A stretch of DNA of 64,000 bases. Origin: Hydrolagus colliei. Its lineage: Eukaryota. The notes below the pieces were generated by a model that had not been told where the DNA came from, did no database searches, and saw nothing but the letters and a program-made list of their open reading frames with translations. Position numbers and translations under genes: made by a program. Position 1 is the first letter of the stretch. Every line of letters begins with the position of its first letter. Below, piece by piece: positions 36,151 to 48,448 of the stretch. The DNA lies in assembly GCA_035084275.1 (NCBI GenBank), contig CM068756.1:2976001-3040000 (forward strand), read 5' to 3'.

Positions 36151-38766
36151 AATGCGTTTGTGTTCTAATCTCTAGTTCTCAGTCGTGTTTTTATTCCCCC
36201 CCAACCCCCGCCACTGTCTGAGTTATTTTATTTATTGATCAAGCAGGTAAGCTGGTCTCTGATTTCTGACACTCTACAATCAGCCACTGGGAAGCGCAAG
36301 AGAGCATCTTGGCTCATCCACCAAAGCTGCCTTCGATTTAGAGGCAAAATGCCTCTAATTTGCATCACCTCAAACTTCAGGTGAGCTTGGAAACTCAGTT
36401 GTGTGCGGGAGCAATCCAATTTGCAGTCTACAAAAAACACATACGACACACTTGACGGTGAAGCGCTTTGAGACGTCCTCACGACATGGAAATCTCTAGA
36501 TCAAATCCCAAGTAAATTCTGATCAACCTCAAAATCTACCACCAAATGGTGCGTTTTCTATCACACTTGAAGACTTAAACAAATTTACAGATTCCAACAG
36601 TAGCCACGTGGATCAGGAAACATCAAATTCAATCTCATTTCACTCCCATCCAAATCTTTAAGAGCTGAATTATAATTCATCTTCCACCTTGTCATTTATC
36701 CTTAAAATCCAATCAATTTTCTATCTGGTTATTCATTTGTATTTCCTACAGAATCACAGTCTTTCCCCTCTGTTCCCTTCAGTGCATTTCTGCAGGTCTT
36801 TCAAGATTGTGCTCAGGCCTACAGGAATACAGAGGGATTTGAACCTATGCAATGTTAACTCGTGTGCACATTGGGAGAAGCTGAAATCCTGATCCTTTTC
36901 AAACACTTTTAATACAACAAGCAATGTACAATAATACAATGCAAAAGTCATTGTACAGCGCCTTTCACGTCGGGTGGACGTCCCAAGTCGCTGGGACAAT
37001 CAGGGATTTGGATCCATTCAAGGTTAGGATCGGGGAGAGTGGAGAGCAAGGAGGGTGTGCCTGAAGGCTCGGTCGAAGAGGACGGTTTCTTTTCCCTGCA
37101 ATCATTTAAAATCATCAGTTTGCAATATTGCAATTGCTGACGCTGGGTAATTTAATTACTGTAGGAGTATAAAGAATGCAGTATGAATTACTGCACTGAA
37201 ACTTACATGTGTAGCCACAAAGACTGTCTTTCTCTTCAGTTCTGGCAATCTGTCTATAAAATAAGTAACTCTGACAATCAATGACAATATCGTGTTAGGG
37301 CTGTTTTATTACAGCTTAATTTCTCGCACTGGACCAGCCTCCCTCGGGGAAGGCTGAGCAAACTTTAAATAATTAAAATTAAATTAATACTGTCCTTTGA
37401 AAAATGCTCAAAAAAGAAGTCACAAATCAAACCGGGCTCCGTTCAGTCGCGAATTCACAGCTACCGACAATCAGAACCAGTTGACTTTGTGAACCAGTTG
37501 TGTCTGATTGTGAACACGGACGGATAGGAAGGAGAGAAATAATTGCACTGTATATGCACGGCACCATGAAATTAAATAGGCATTCTGTTCTGGATCCAAA
37601 CGGTCTGGATTACACAGCTATTCTGAATATGAAACGGTTCTATATTGGCCCAATTCAGACGTGAAATCTGACTTCAGTCATCAGTTTCGATGCTTGGAGC
37701 CCGTATAATAGATTTCGACAATGTCGTCTCTTGTGAGAGTAGATATTGCTTGATTGCCTGTTATATTGGTAAATTACACCAGACAAGTTTTTTTTTACGT
37801 GCGTGAGTGTGTTTATATACTCTTATTACGCTGGGCAAGTAAACCAACCTGGTGCTGCTGAACACATCAGCTGGAGTAATAAAGAATTCCTTTTCCTGCG
37901 TCCCTCTCCCAGCTGATGTAGAGATTTGGGCGGTGAGAAAGGGAGAGGTGCTGAAGGGAGCGGAAGGGGGAGTGGGTTGGGGGCGGGCGCGGGGTGGGGG
38001 TGGTGGGGGGAAGTTGGGTGGAAGGAAAGGACAAAGCCTAGGCACGAAATTGAAACGCGCTACACAATTAAGCGGATACAATTCCTCGCATTTGATACTT
38101 ACCACCTCGTTTGGATGTTCTTGAAGCGCTTCACACGACAAACTGTAAAATGCTGCGACGGCCCGTGCATTTTGTGGACAAACGCAGCAGCCCGGCAGTG
38201 GCCCACACACACAGCCACAGGACTGAGTGAACGATTTTATTTGGGTGAATCGTCAGCCTATAGAAAACAGAAAACGGTGACTCGAGCCTTGAAGGGGTTA
38301 AACGGTAAACTGCGGCCCTGATCTTTTGGCACTTTGTGTGAGGTGGGACTGGTTGACCTTAGCAGTTGAGAGGGCTCTAATTTGAAATGAATTTGTAACT
38401 AGTTCAACCTGTAGCCCAGTGGGTATGGGATTTCCTTTATAATAAATTCCAGACCTCGACTCTGTTGATAGATGTCTTATGGTTCTTTGTGCTCTTAGGG
38501 TCAAGCACACTGTAAAAGGTGCTTAATGTTGATTGACTGGAGTAGAGCAATATGTTGCAGATTGATAGACTGATCATAGATTGGCTCAATTTATAACATT
38601 GGTTATCTTATTGGACAAGCTCATTATTTTAAGAGGCCATCTTGAATCCCGGTGTCATTTTATTGTTTTTTATACTATTGTAGACTAAGTGTTTAAGCAG
38701 CCAATAATTGCCACACCCACCCCCACCCCCAAAAATCGGATGCCGTGTACTGCCATAAATACAACA

Positions 38767-39070
38767 GCTCCTGTAGCTCAGTGGCTAGAGCACTCGCCTT
38801 ACAAGTGTGAGGCCTGTGTTCGAATCCAGGCAGATCAGGGCGAAACCACATGCCTAATAACAATCCGTCCAAAAAAAAACACAATAATAAAAAAAATTGG
38901 TCATTTCAATCCACGACTGTTTGAGGAACTCTGCTGTGCGCAATTGGCTGCCACTTTTTCACCCACAAATATACAGTCAATTCACTTTACAGTATCTATT
39001 CTGTGAAGCACTTTGAAACATTGATAAGACGTGAATAGCACTATATCAAATGCAAGGATTATTATTATTA
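38767..39070 (+). mobile_element. Near full-length young tRNA-SINE (followed by a further tail fragment to ~39150)
   Basis: gctcctgtagctcagtggctagagcactcgccttacaag...gttcgaatccaggc...caaatgcaagg(att)n. Confidence 0.95.
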
Positions 39071-39348
39071 CACAGTAACTCCAAACAAGTGCTTTGAGAC
39101 ATGCTGATGATGTGATAAGCCGCTATATCAAATGCAATGATTATTATTCTACTATTCTATTGAAGCTCTCCCTGCAAGAAAACAAGACAGAGAGTATCAA
39201 AGAGGGAATGGTTTGCCATTGTAAGCCTTAACTTTTCATAAACTTCAACCTTCTCAGTGTCTTTGCTTCAATTACCCTTGCTAGCAACATGTTCCAGTTA
39301 TTAATTACCTTCGGGGTAAAAAAAAGACTTCCTGGTGTCTTTAATAAG

Positions 39349-39700
39349 GAGCTTCTGTAGCTCAGTGGTTAGAGCATTTGTCTTGCAAGCTGGGGTGGGG
39401 AGACCAAGCTGGGGAGACCTATGTTCGAATCCAGGCAGGTCAGGGCAAAACCTTGGGCAAGTTTACTTACTCTACATGCCTAATAATAATCCCTCCAAAA
39501 GAAAACACACAATAATAAAATTGGTCATTTCAATCCACGACTGTTTGTGGGGGACGCTGCTGTGCGCAATTGGCTGCCGCGATTCGCCCACAAATATATA
39601 CAGTCAATTAACTATACAGTATATTCTGTGAAGCGCTTTGGGACGTCGATTATTATTCTAATAATAATAATAATCCTTGCATTTGATATAGCGCTCTTTC
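39349..39700 (+). mobile_element. Young tRNA-SINE with rearranged (deleted and inverted) 3' end
   Basis: Head and body are intact. The terminal ~38 bp is missing in sense and present in antisense at ~39661-39700. Confidence 0.9.
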
Positions 39701-40525
39701 CTGAACTAGTCGTTCGCAAAGCTAAACCTGTGTCCTCTTACTCTATTGCCTTTGTGCATTCTAAAGTATTGTTCTGGATTTATTTTTGTGATTCCCTTTT
39801 AAAATGTTATGTACAGTACTTCTCTTAGGTCCTCTTCTTTCAAACTGAGGAGCTGTTGTTAATCATTGCTCCAAGTTCAGTTAAAGCCCCTTTAACACTA
39901 GCGATCATCCCCATTGCTATCCTCTGTCCTGCCTCTAGATGGATGAGAGATCAGATGGGTTGAAGGGCCTTATTCATCCAAACCTCTTTTTTTTACTTTT
40001 TGAATGTAACAGTATTTAGGTACTTAGAGCATGAGAACGCATTGAACATTGTGCTATTAGGAATCAGGAAACATACTTCGGAGCCTGATTGCCTATAAAG
40101 AGCACAAGGAGTTTCTTAAATAGTCCTCATGGGGAACGAGAAGTAGAGTATATGGACCAAATTACAAAGTAAACTCTTCATTCATTTTACTCCATATACC
40201 AAAGGTAATGAACTGGAGTCAGCGAAGCCCAGAAGAGAAAGTTTTTTTTTGGCTAGTGATCTCTTTGAGAATATATTGTGTCACCTCATCATACGGTTGT
40301 TCTCTTTACTGTACTTATGTATTCCCCATGTGTAGTTAATCTTCGATTTGTCTCTCTCCCCATCATCACTGTTGGGTTGGGTTTGCAATGCTCTCAACAG
40401 CGTAAACAGGGGAGGCTTTGTATTGTAAGCAAAACCAATCAGCTAAAAAAAAAAAAGAAATTTGCACCAAGTCTCGCATTTAAATTTTGCAAACACATAA
40501 CTTTTCCCCCCGTCAGTTATAGTCG

Positions 40526-40750
40526 TTAGCAGTTCTTGGGGCTGCCATTCAAGCAAGACGTCAAATAGTCCGTGGATGATAAATATTGTACAATGCAGAT
40601 CAAGAGTTTGAACAACATCGTAAAACCCAAAGAGCTGAAACCAGGATGGGCTACATATTGTTGCAAGTCACCCTGTTCATCTTCTTCATCTTTCCAATAT
40701 TCACTCACTTGGGGAAAATATATTCCTTCGTTGGAGCAAAACCACGTGTA
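40526..40750 (-). mobile_element. Possible KolX / P2X7-C-terminal-like relic of a Kolobok transposon
   Basis: Minus frame reads WFCSNE..FPQVSEYWKDEEDEQGDLQQYVAHPGFSSL, reminiscent of CC.EI..V.......CITxHPGF. Adjacent to a Kolobok-like transposase fragment. Confidence 0.35.
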
Positions 40751-40859
40751 TTAGAATTGTTGCCTTGACCTCACTCTGCTCTCACATCTCTCCAGAGAAC
40801 CTGCCTCCAGGGGACTATTAGTAGAAAATAAAATGCACTGTGGGGAGCCCTATTGCAAA

Positions 40860-41115
40860 GACATCTTAATTTATGCCTTCACCCTCATGGCCAGGTGCCT
40901 GTGGATAGATATGGGACAGCGATGAATGCACAGAAGTATTTTTGTATCAATAATTTGAGTCCATCTGGAATTTGCCACCAGATCCCAGCGACAGCTATTA
41001 CTCCAAGTGAGACCTCAAGCATCGCTGTAGCAACTGATGGAACTTTGGACACAGTTATGTACCACACATAAACTAACAATGGAATTATTAACCACTAAAG
41101 AACTCATGATAATTC
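40860..41115 (+). mobile_element. Kolobok-like transposase fossil fragment
   Basis: Colinear motifs across frameshifts: CLHPH.Q.P..RYG..MN; IQRQLL; IAVATDG..(F)GHS.MYHT*T.MELLTTKEL (cf. GDGRxDSPGHSAKYCTYTxME..TxxI). Confidence 0.55.
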
Positions 41116-41457
41116 TTCTCAACTCCCAACAAACGAAATGAAATGAAAATGTACCTCCTCCTTCACGCCTCTCTAGATTTCAGGTATCTCTTTCGACTCA
41201 ACCGATTGCAGGGACTGAAAGTGTTGGATCAGATGAGATGCTAAACTGAGTTTACATCTTCCTGTTCAGTTGGACATTAAAGACCCAAAGGCACTATCGA
41301 AAACAGAAGGAAGTTTCCCCCAACACGTGTTGTGTGCACATTAGCTATCACATTTCCTTGCAAAATACATGGTTGTCACACTATACAGTACATCTGGTAA
41401 AGCGCTTTGAGATGTTGTCCTGGTATGTGTGGTACATAACTGTGTCCAAAGTTCCAT
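41037..41457. repeat. Perfect 34-bp inverted repeat pair (41037-41070 and 41424-41457)
   Basis: atggaactttggacacagttatgtaccacacata versus tatgtgtggtacataactgtgtccaaagttccat: exact reverse complements, checked base by base. Confidence 0.97.
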
Positions 41458-41500
41458 TACCAAATGTAAAAATTATTACTATTAAAATTATTATTATATG
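41205..41500 (+). mobile_element. Old Deu-domain SINE
   Basis: cagatgagatgctaaactgag...ttggacattaaagacccaaaggcactat...gtaaagcgctttgagatg...caaatgtaaaaattattact. Confidence 0.85.
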
Positions 41501-42744
41501 ATTTTAGGTGATTGCTAGGATTATTATTAAATCATTCTTCCAAAGTGAAAGGCAGTTTTGTCATATGTAAAGATTATTATAAATTATTGTTGTTAATTGC
41601 AGATCAGACCATTACCAGAACTAATAGGTACCTGGCATTGGCAAGTGTTTGAGGTGGGGTGGTAAAGTATAAGTGGGAGAGACGAGCACTGAGAAAGTAT
41701 CTTTGGTTGAGCTAAACTGTCCTTACTTTGACTGCCAAAATCTGAAAGTGTTCCATTCCCGGCCGTCAATGACCAAACCCTCTACTGAGCAAAAATAATA
41801 ATCAAAACCTATCATGATTACGAGCGCCTCCAATCCCAAATTCTGCCACTAAAGTACAAACGGGAAGTATACATATTTGATTTATTTTTCTTACTTTTCC
41901 CTTTTCTTGAAGAAACATATAGGTGTGTGTGTGTGTGTTTGTGTATGTTTGTACTGTACCAGGTTTGATGCGGAAGAAACATTTCCTTGCTAGTTTTGGT
42001 TGGCAACCTTATTGAATACACGGATACTCTGCTCCCGGTGGTTATTTACAGAGTTTATACCGTGAATGAACCCAACTTGCGCTACCAACAAGCAATAAAG
42101 TGTGCCCTTTATACTTTGTGGAGGTTTAGTCAAAGAGAAAGCGTACTTTGCTAAGCTGCCTCCTAGCCCTTAAAAAAAATGGGTTTTATTTGCTGGCATC
42201 TCGCTAAGTTCTCCCAGGTTCCTATGTTGTTTTCAGCTAGTGGTTTGGAGCAACTATTTTGCGTGCATGATTCTTTCCAATGTTGTCACAGGCCACGGCA
42301 GACAATTCGAGTTCACAACGTTATTACACAGGAATTTCACCTCATTACTGGCAGAGTGATTCTGTACAAACTGTTCTTTTCGTTGCAGTTTGTAATGATA
42401 AAACTCGATTTCCCCCCCCCCCCCCCCAACCCCCCCACCCCACACACCCTGCACACTGTCTTCTCCACAAACTCTAGACCAGTGTCCTCTCCCGCACCAA
42501 ACTTTGTGAACCCATCATTGCCAGTCTCACTCACCTCCACACACTTTAACTTTACGACTTTAAAATCCTTGTCGTGACCTTCAAATGCCCAACGACACCC
42601 TACCTCTGCGATCGCCTTTACTCTCCCATCCACTCTCCCTAATCATCCATCACTTTACCGTTGTCCTACGGAACTCTCTCCCAAAGTCCCTCTGTCTCAC
42701 CCGCTTCCCTCTCTACTTACCAATACCAACTGAGAATCTACTTG

Positions 42745-43000
42745 GAACATAAGAATTTTCTAGGCAAAAGAAGACTGAGATCATCCAGTCCACCCTCTTG
42801 CCAATTGCTTGACATGTAACTGTGACTCTGCTTTCTCAAAGGAATGGGCCCAGGTCTAACCTCAGCCAATAGTTTTGAATTGATGTTAAAATGTTGCAAA
42901 TAATCATCAGGGATTAATCCTCTGTCCCGGCTGGCTTCAAATAGACTGAAACGTCCCTACACAAATACTTCCCAACTTCAAACAACGCCTCTTGTAAAAC
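42745..43000 (-). mobile_element. CR1 LINE 3' end fragment
   Basis: gaacataagaa...aggc...agac...tcatccagtcca (reversed CR1 3' terminus). Confidence 0.55.
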
Positions 43001-43024
43001 CGCCGCTTTTAAACACTAAATGAA

Positions 43025-43300
43025 TCATGTTCTTTGATTTCGATACAGCCAATTATCACATTGAAGCATCTCAAAGTCGATTGTCTATAAATTGTGGCAA
43101 CTGTGTACTTGTTTGTTCAACGCAGCGGCCAATTTACACACAGGAATGTCCCACAAACAGCCAAGAAGTGAATACCCTCAATTGTTTTTTACCCCATGCA
43201 AGATTATGGATCAGGATACTGGGAGAAACTCTCTTCTCTTTTGAAAGGGCGTTATTGAGATATTTAAAAGTCCAACCGAACAGCCGGCCACAAATTTCTC
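43025..43300 (-). mobile_element. Old Deu-SINE fragment
   Basis: catctcaaag...gcggccaatttacacacag...tcccacaaacagc...ggatactgggagaaactctcttctctttt. Confidence 0.7.
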
Positions 43301-43539
43301 TTGTGTCTGCAAAGCTTTTAGAGACATAACACATTTGTGCCCAGTTTCCAAGTTGGTCTAGCATGGATTATTGGATCTGATGAGATTGCACCACACATTA
43401 TAATAGCACATTGTGAATTTGTTTTCTTTCATTAATTGCTGAAATGGTCACCCAATTTATCAGTGCATGTGTTTGCTCAGTACCTATGTCTGTCTATTCA
43501 TATGTGTATTTTGTATTGAGTCAAAACAATTCCCGATTT

Positions 43540-44170
43540 TTATCCAGCTGTAGGTTTATCCTGGTAATCATTTCCTTAATAGGGGTTAGCACCTTGCTCC
43601 CTGCCGTTGCCAAGTAATGAGCCTTTTACAGTACGGAGTTGATAGCAGTTTCTCTTTCACAGTCAAACGAGGCTCACCTGCCAAAATAAGCAGCATGTGC
43701 TGTTCTCTCAGGGACAACTCTCTTTCATAAATCATACTGTTTCAAATAGCAGTTAAATGTGCTTCATAAGCTATATTTATCGATGCGAGATAAAAAGGGT
43801 TTATCCAGTGTAAACACTGGGACTACTGTAAAAAGCCTGGCATGTCCTCTTTACTTAACTCGCTCATAAATCGACCCTTTCCACCACAGGCGTCTCTGAG
43901 GGAAAAAGCGAACTTTTCATTTTCTTCCTTTCACTGAAGCGGCGCACAGTGCGTTCCATCCCAATAATTATTTAAATATGGGAATAGCACTGAGGAAATG
44001 AGCAGAATTCTGCTGATTCTTCTGGTACGGCTGAATGCTGGTCACAGTGTCACATACGCATGCACTGAGCAAGGGCTTAAAAGGGGAAAGTTCCATTGGG
44101 GAGGCAGAGTTTTATTATGTCTCACTCTGCCCCCTCATTTAATTACCAGGGATTGCTTCTTCTTATGTCT
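43540..44170. promoter_or_regulatory. Candidate enhancer-like unique block
   Basis: Repeat-free. CATAAATCA, CATAAATCG, AGATAA, GTAAACA within the ccagtgt-aa-acactgg palindrome, and TTTAATTA. Untested. Confidence 0.3.
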
Positions 44171-44959
44171 CTAGTTGGTGTGTTCCACACGCTACGTTTA
44201 TTGAGTTCAAGATTCCATGTTTTCAAATCCCTCCACAGCCTCTTCCCTACCTCCACTCCACCCCACTACCCACTCCACCTTCCTCATGGAACCCCACCAC
44301 CCTCCACCTACTTCATGTCTTCTGCCCAATCTGCCCCACTGTTGGTAGGGGTGAGATAAAAATAAAGTGTTTTTGTTGATCTAAGAACCATCTGAGTTGG
44401 CAACGCACCTTTGCGGACAGAGAGGTCCCGATGAAGCCCACAGCTATGCCCGCCGTCTTGCAATCCCTGCGAGAGGCTCCGTCAAACTCCGCGAACTTTC
44501 ATCAGCTTAAAATACGACTGATGTCATACTAGCCCTGTAAGTCCATGGTTACAGAATTTCTATACAGGCCCCAGCAGGAAAATACACACCCCAGCCACAG
44601 AGTTGAACAAGAGCTCGCCCTGCACTCTGACTGCAGGAGCAATAAACAGCTGAGGGACTCACATTTTCAGCCGTTAAATGGACAGAAAAAGTGAAGGGCA
44701 CATGAATCAGTGCGGGTGAAATTTAATAGGCGAAAAATAAGATCATTATTTTATAACCCCATTTTTTTTTCCTTCTCCCCCCCCTCCCAATTCCCAGCTA
44801 AAGATATATTGAGTGTATGGTTCTGTCGGTTCCAGTATCTCTCTCCCAAGTGAGCGTTTCATATTCTGTGTCCTGGCACTGAGAAACATCAGTGTATTTG
44901 CCTGTGAAACCGCTGAATGATTGTGACTACCTGACAGCCACACTTCGTTGCACATTCCA

Positions 44960-45030
44960 AGAGGAATCCCTGGATGACGATCAGCAGTGGAAACCCTGGC
45001 TGATTTCCTCCCACTACCCCCAGCCCCACA
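44960..45030 (-). mobile_element. AmnSINE2-like fragment
   Basis: ctggatgacgatcagcagtggaaaccctggctgatttcctccc matches the reverse of the remembered AmnSINE2 core (aaatcagccagggttcctgctcctgatcgctatccag). Confidence 0.6.
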
Positions 45031-45487
45031 CCTGGTCCTTTCTGCCCAGGTAAACCAATGACGCACTCACGTTGCTACCTTATATCTAAATCCCTGACTG
45101 TCCAGGGCCTTAGGGCGTCCTGCCCATGTGAAAAGCACCATACAAATGTAATTAAAGACACTGTACAAATGTAATATTGTATCGTAATTTGTATTAACCC
45201 AACTGAGTTCCAAACCCGGGTTGATCTTGGCCTATATATAGCCCTACTCCAAACAAAATTATTTTGTCAGAACTGTATTATTTCAGTGGAAGTGATAATC
45301 AGATATGGATCCTTTTCTACCAGGAACCTCAGTCTTTTTTCATCCAGCAATTCTTATGTTCTTTTCTTCCTTTTCGACTCTTTGCTAACAGAGTCTCAGT
45401 CAGGTTGCGATCCTGTTTCGATGTGCTTTACTTTACATTGATCCACATAAAAACTGCAGCCAGACATTACTTATCTTGTGCTCTCAT

Positions 45488-45803
45488 GGAGCTCCTGTAG
45501 CTCAGTGGTTAGAGCACTTGCCTTACAAGCATGAGACCTGAGTTCGAATCCAGGCAGGTCAGGGCGAAACCTTGGCAAGTTTCCTTACTCCACACACCTA
45601 ATAATAATCCCTCCAAAGACCACAATCAAAAAATTGGTCATTTCAATCCATCACTGTTTGTGGGACGCTGCTGTGTGCAATTGGCTGCCGCGTTTCGCCC
45701 ACAAATATACAGTCAATTCACTTTACAGTATATTCTGTGAAGTGCTTTGAGATGTCGATAAGATGCGAAAAGCACTAAATCAAATGCAAGGATTATTATT
45801 ATC
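45488..45803 (+). mobile_element. Full-length young tRNA-SINE (close to consensus)
   Basis: ggagctcctgtagctcagtggttagagc...gttcgaatccaggcaggtcagggcgaaacc...caaatgcaagg(att)n. Confidence 0.97.
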
Positions 45804-45809
45804 ATATGA

Positions 45810-46200
45810 TGTGTCCAGATCATTTTGAAGGCCACAGTCTTTTTTACCCAATGCCCCAATGCTTGGTCCAATTGTGCACTGCTAATGACATCAGCCTTCT
45901 GAAAAACCCAAGCAAATTTGAAATAGTGCTTGTTCTGCTCGGTGGGTTATTTATCAAGGAATCCAGTGGGTTGGTGGTACATGACCGATTGATTCTCAAA
46001 TCATGCTGTCTACTCAACACTGCATCATTGCTCTTCAGATGAGCATAGATCACATCCCATAAAATGCTTTCAAGCATTTAGATGAACACGGTTGCTTTGT
46101 GTAAGTGACTTAAAACTTGTTTAACATTCAACTGCCATTGAGAGCTGTAACTGACACTACATTTCCATATGTCAAGGTTTATTTCCTGCAACTGAACTAT
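45810..46200 (-). mobile_element. CR1 reverse transcriptase fragment
   Basis: LESILWDVIYAHLKSND.VLSRQHDLRINRSCTTN.LD matches CR1 RT LESIIRD.I..HL..N.....QHGF..GRSC.TNLL. Confidence 0.8.
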
Positions 46201-46634
46201 GATTATTATTATTATCATTAATATTATTATGTTTTCCATTGATATATTTGCATTTTTCTCTTTCTGGAAACACCCACTACACACCCACTGTGTATCTGCT
46301 ATAATTCATAGTAAAATTCTGTGAAATGCTTTGGCGATGTCTCGACAATATGATGTTCCTGCACAGGATAGGGTGGGAGGCAGGACAGGATACACAATGC
46401 CATCTTAAGGGATGAGTTATCCGAAGTAAGTACGTACTTCCGAGAATGTTTTGAATGCGATTCGTAAACGTGAGAAGCGGAGTGACGAGTAAAGTGGCGT
46501 CCTCTTATTAACATTTTGCACAGGAAATGGCCAGGATATTGACAGCATGGCTACTTAAATGCTGGTGACAAGTTAAGCCCGGGTCTTGTTACGAGGAGCT
46601 TACTGTAATCGAGTAGACCTTTGTGGAGTTTTAA

Positions 46635-46840
46635 CAGTTAATGTGCAGTGTACTTGTGGGCAAACATACCAGCAAATTTGCAAATAGCAATATCCCACCA
46701 ACAGCTAGGAGATGAATGACCAATTCATTTGGAATACTGTTGACCAGGTCACCAGTGGAAAAACTCCCTTTTTTTTCTGTATATTGTATAACTCCTTTTA
46801 ACAAAGTTAAAGGACAGAGCAGTATTCCCTTGCAACACTG
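46635..46840 (-). mobile_element. Old Deu-SINE fragment
   Basis: cagcaaatttgcaaatagcaatatcccacc.acagc...aatgacc...gttgaccaggtcaccagtggaaaactccc. Confidence 0.7.
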
Positions 46841-47377
46841 GACGTACCTTTTTAAATGTTCAGGATTATACGGCGATAGCCAGTGCAGTTTCAATCATAC
46901 TTATTCCTGTTCATTCCACGTTCTGAAGGGCTGATTCGCTGACGAAGGAAGACTTAAGCCTTAAGCGCAGAGCTCCGTAAGAACCCTCTCAGGTTTTCGA
47001 CTCCACATTCCTGTCTGGGTCAAACTAAAAGAATACGTTCATTCAACCGTAAAATAAAGCGTTTGTTTTAATATCTCTAAGGACCTGACCAGTTATTGCT
47101 GTATAATGCATAGAATCTGTGGTTCTCTGTTGGAAATGCCCAATAAAACAGAAGGCAGCATGACATTCAGTCTAATGGTGTGTTACACAGAGAGGAGCTG
47201 ATTGTCTGTCATTCACCAAGAAAGGAATGAAATTAACAAATAGATCCACTCCACGCTGACTCCACCCCCCTTCCCCCCACCACCACACACCCCCCAACTC
47301 TCCCCCCTGTCTTCAAAACCATCCTTACTGTCTTATCTTGCCAACTGTGCTTTCGACTATTTTCCCCCCACCCCCGG

Positions 47378-47618
47378 TAATCCTTGCATTTGATAGAGCG
47401 CTTTTCACATCTTCTAGACATCTCAAAGCGCTTCATAGAATATGCTGCAAAGTGAATTGACTGTATATTTGTGGCCGAAACGCGGTAGCCAATCACGCGC
47501 AGCAGTGTCATACAAGCAGTCGTGAAATGGAAAATATTACTGTTTTTTTCACCCTGCCTGGAATTGAACCCAGGGCTCTCACTTGCAAGGCAAATGCTCT
47601 AACCACTGAGCTACAGGA
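47378..47618 (-). mobile_element. Young tRNA-SINE with internal deletion
   Basis: taatccttgcatttgatagagcgc...aaacgcggtagccaat...ccctgcctggaattgaaccc...tgctctaaccactgagctacagga. Confidence 0.9.
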
Positions 47619-48304
47619 CGCTGATTACATCAGGATGCTTTCCTGATGTAAAAGGCGCTACGCCAAATCCAAGGATTACTATTATTATTATTGTTATTAC
47701 CACTTGATGTGGTTCTTGCCATTGCGTTCAGAGGGAAGGACAAGTTTGCCACGTTGTGTTTTTATACCAGAGTTGTATTCTCTTGCACATTTGTGGTTCC
47801 AAATTGGGCTGGAATTATCAGGTGATAATTCTTGTCCTGACAAACTTTTTAACCTGATTTCTACGGTTCGCTTTGGAAAACAGATGGATCCGCTGTGCAC
47901 TGACACGGTGCTGGGTTATTCGTGCAGGTACTAGGCTCTCACGGAGGGGAGTTGTTTGAAAAGGATTCGACATGGGCGATGTTTCGCGGATGTTATTGAA
48001 TGGTTGGAGATAATGCAGACTTGGCATTAAAGAAAATAGCCATGAGATTGCTTCCACAAAACCACTTCACTGCTGGTTTTATTTTGTGGTCAAGTCACAG
48101 CAGCAGCCAGTGGTCTTAAACCATTTATCAACATGTGGTGTCTGATGAGTTTCCTTCGTTTCCAGGATATGCTGATGGAATATTATTTTTTGTGCGCTCT
48201 AAATGCTAGCTGGTGACACCACTGACAGGGAATCAGTGATAGGAGAAGTGACGGAGGAATTTGTTCCAGATCATGTCTTTCTCTGCAGCTGCAAGAGGCG
48301 AACG

Positions 48305-48448
48305 TTTGTGGGTGTGTTGGTGTGTATACATTTGTACGGGTGTATGTGTGTGTGTGTGTGTTTGTGTGTGTGCATGTGTGTGTGGGCTTGTTTATGTGTG
48401 TACTTTGCGTGTGTGTGTGAGCTTGTTTGTGTGTTTGTGTGTGTGTGC
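48305..48448 (+). repeat. Degenerate (TG)n low-complexity tract
   Basis: Directly visible; source of several spurious ORFs. Confidence 0.95.

Noticed and set aside
45488-45562. tRNA-Val(TAC)-like gene (also other SINE heads and the head-only copy at 26026-26105)
   Set aside because: A and B boxes are present, but the stems pair poorly, the anticodon varies between copies (TAC/TGC/TAG), and the sequence continues into the SINE body.
46935-46975. Hammerhead ribozyme core (ctgacga...)
   Set aside because: No properly placed GAAA or stem I/III pairing. The same holds for ctgatga at ~536, ~11873 and ~48142.
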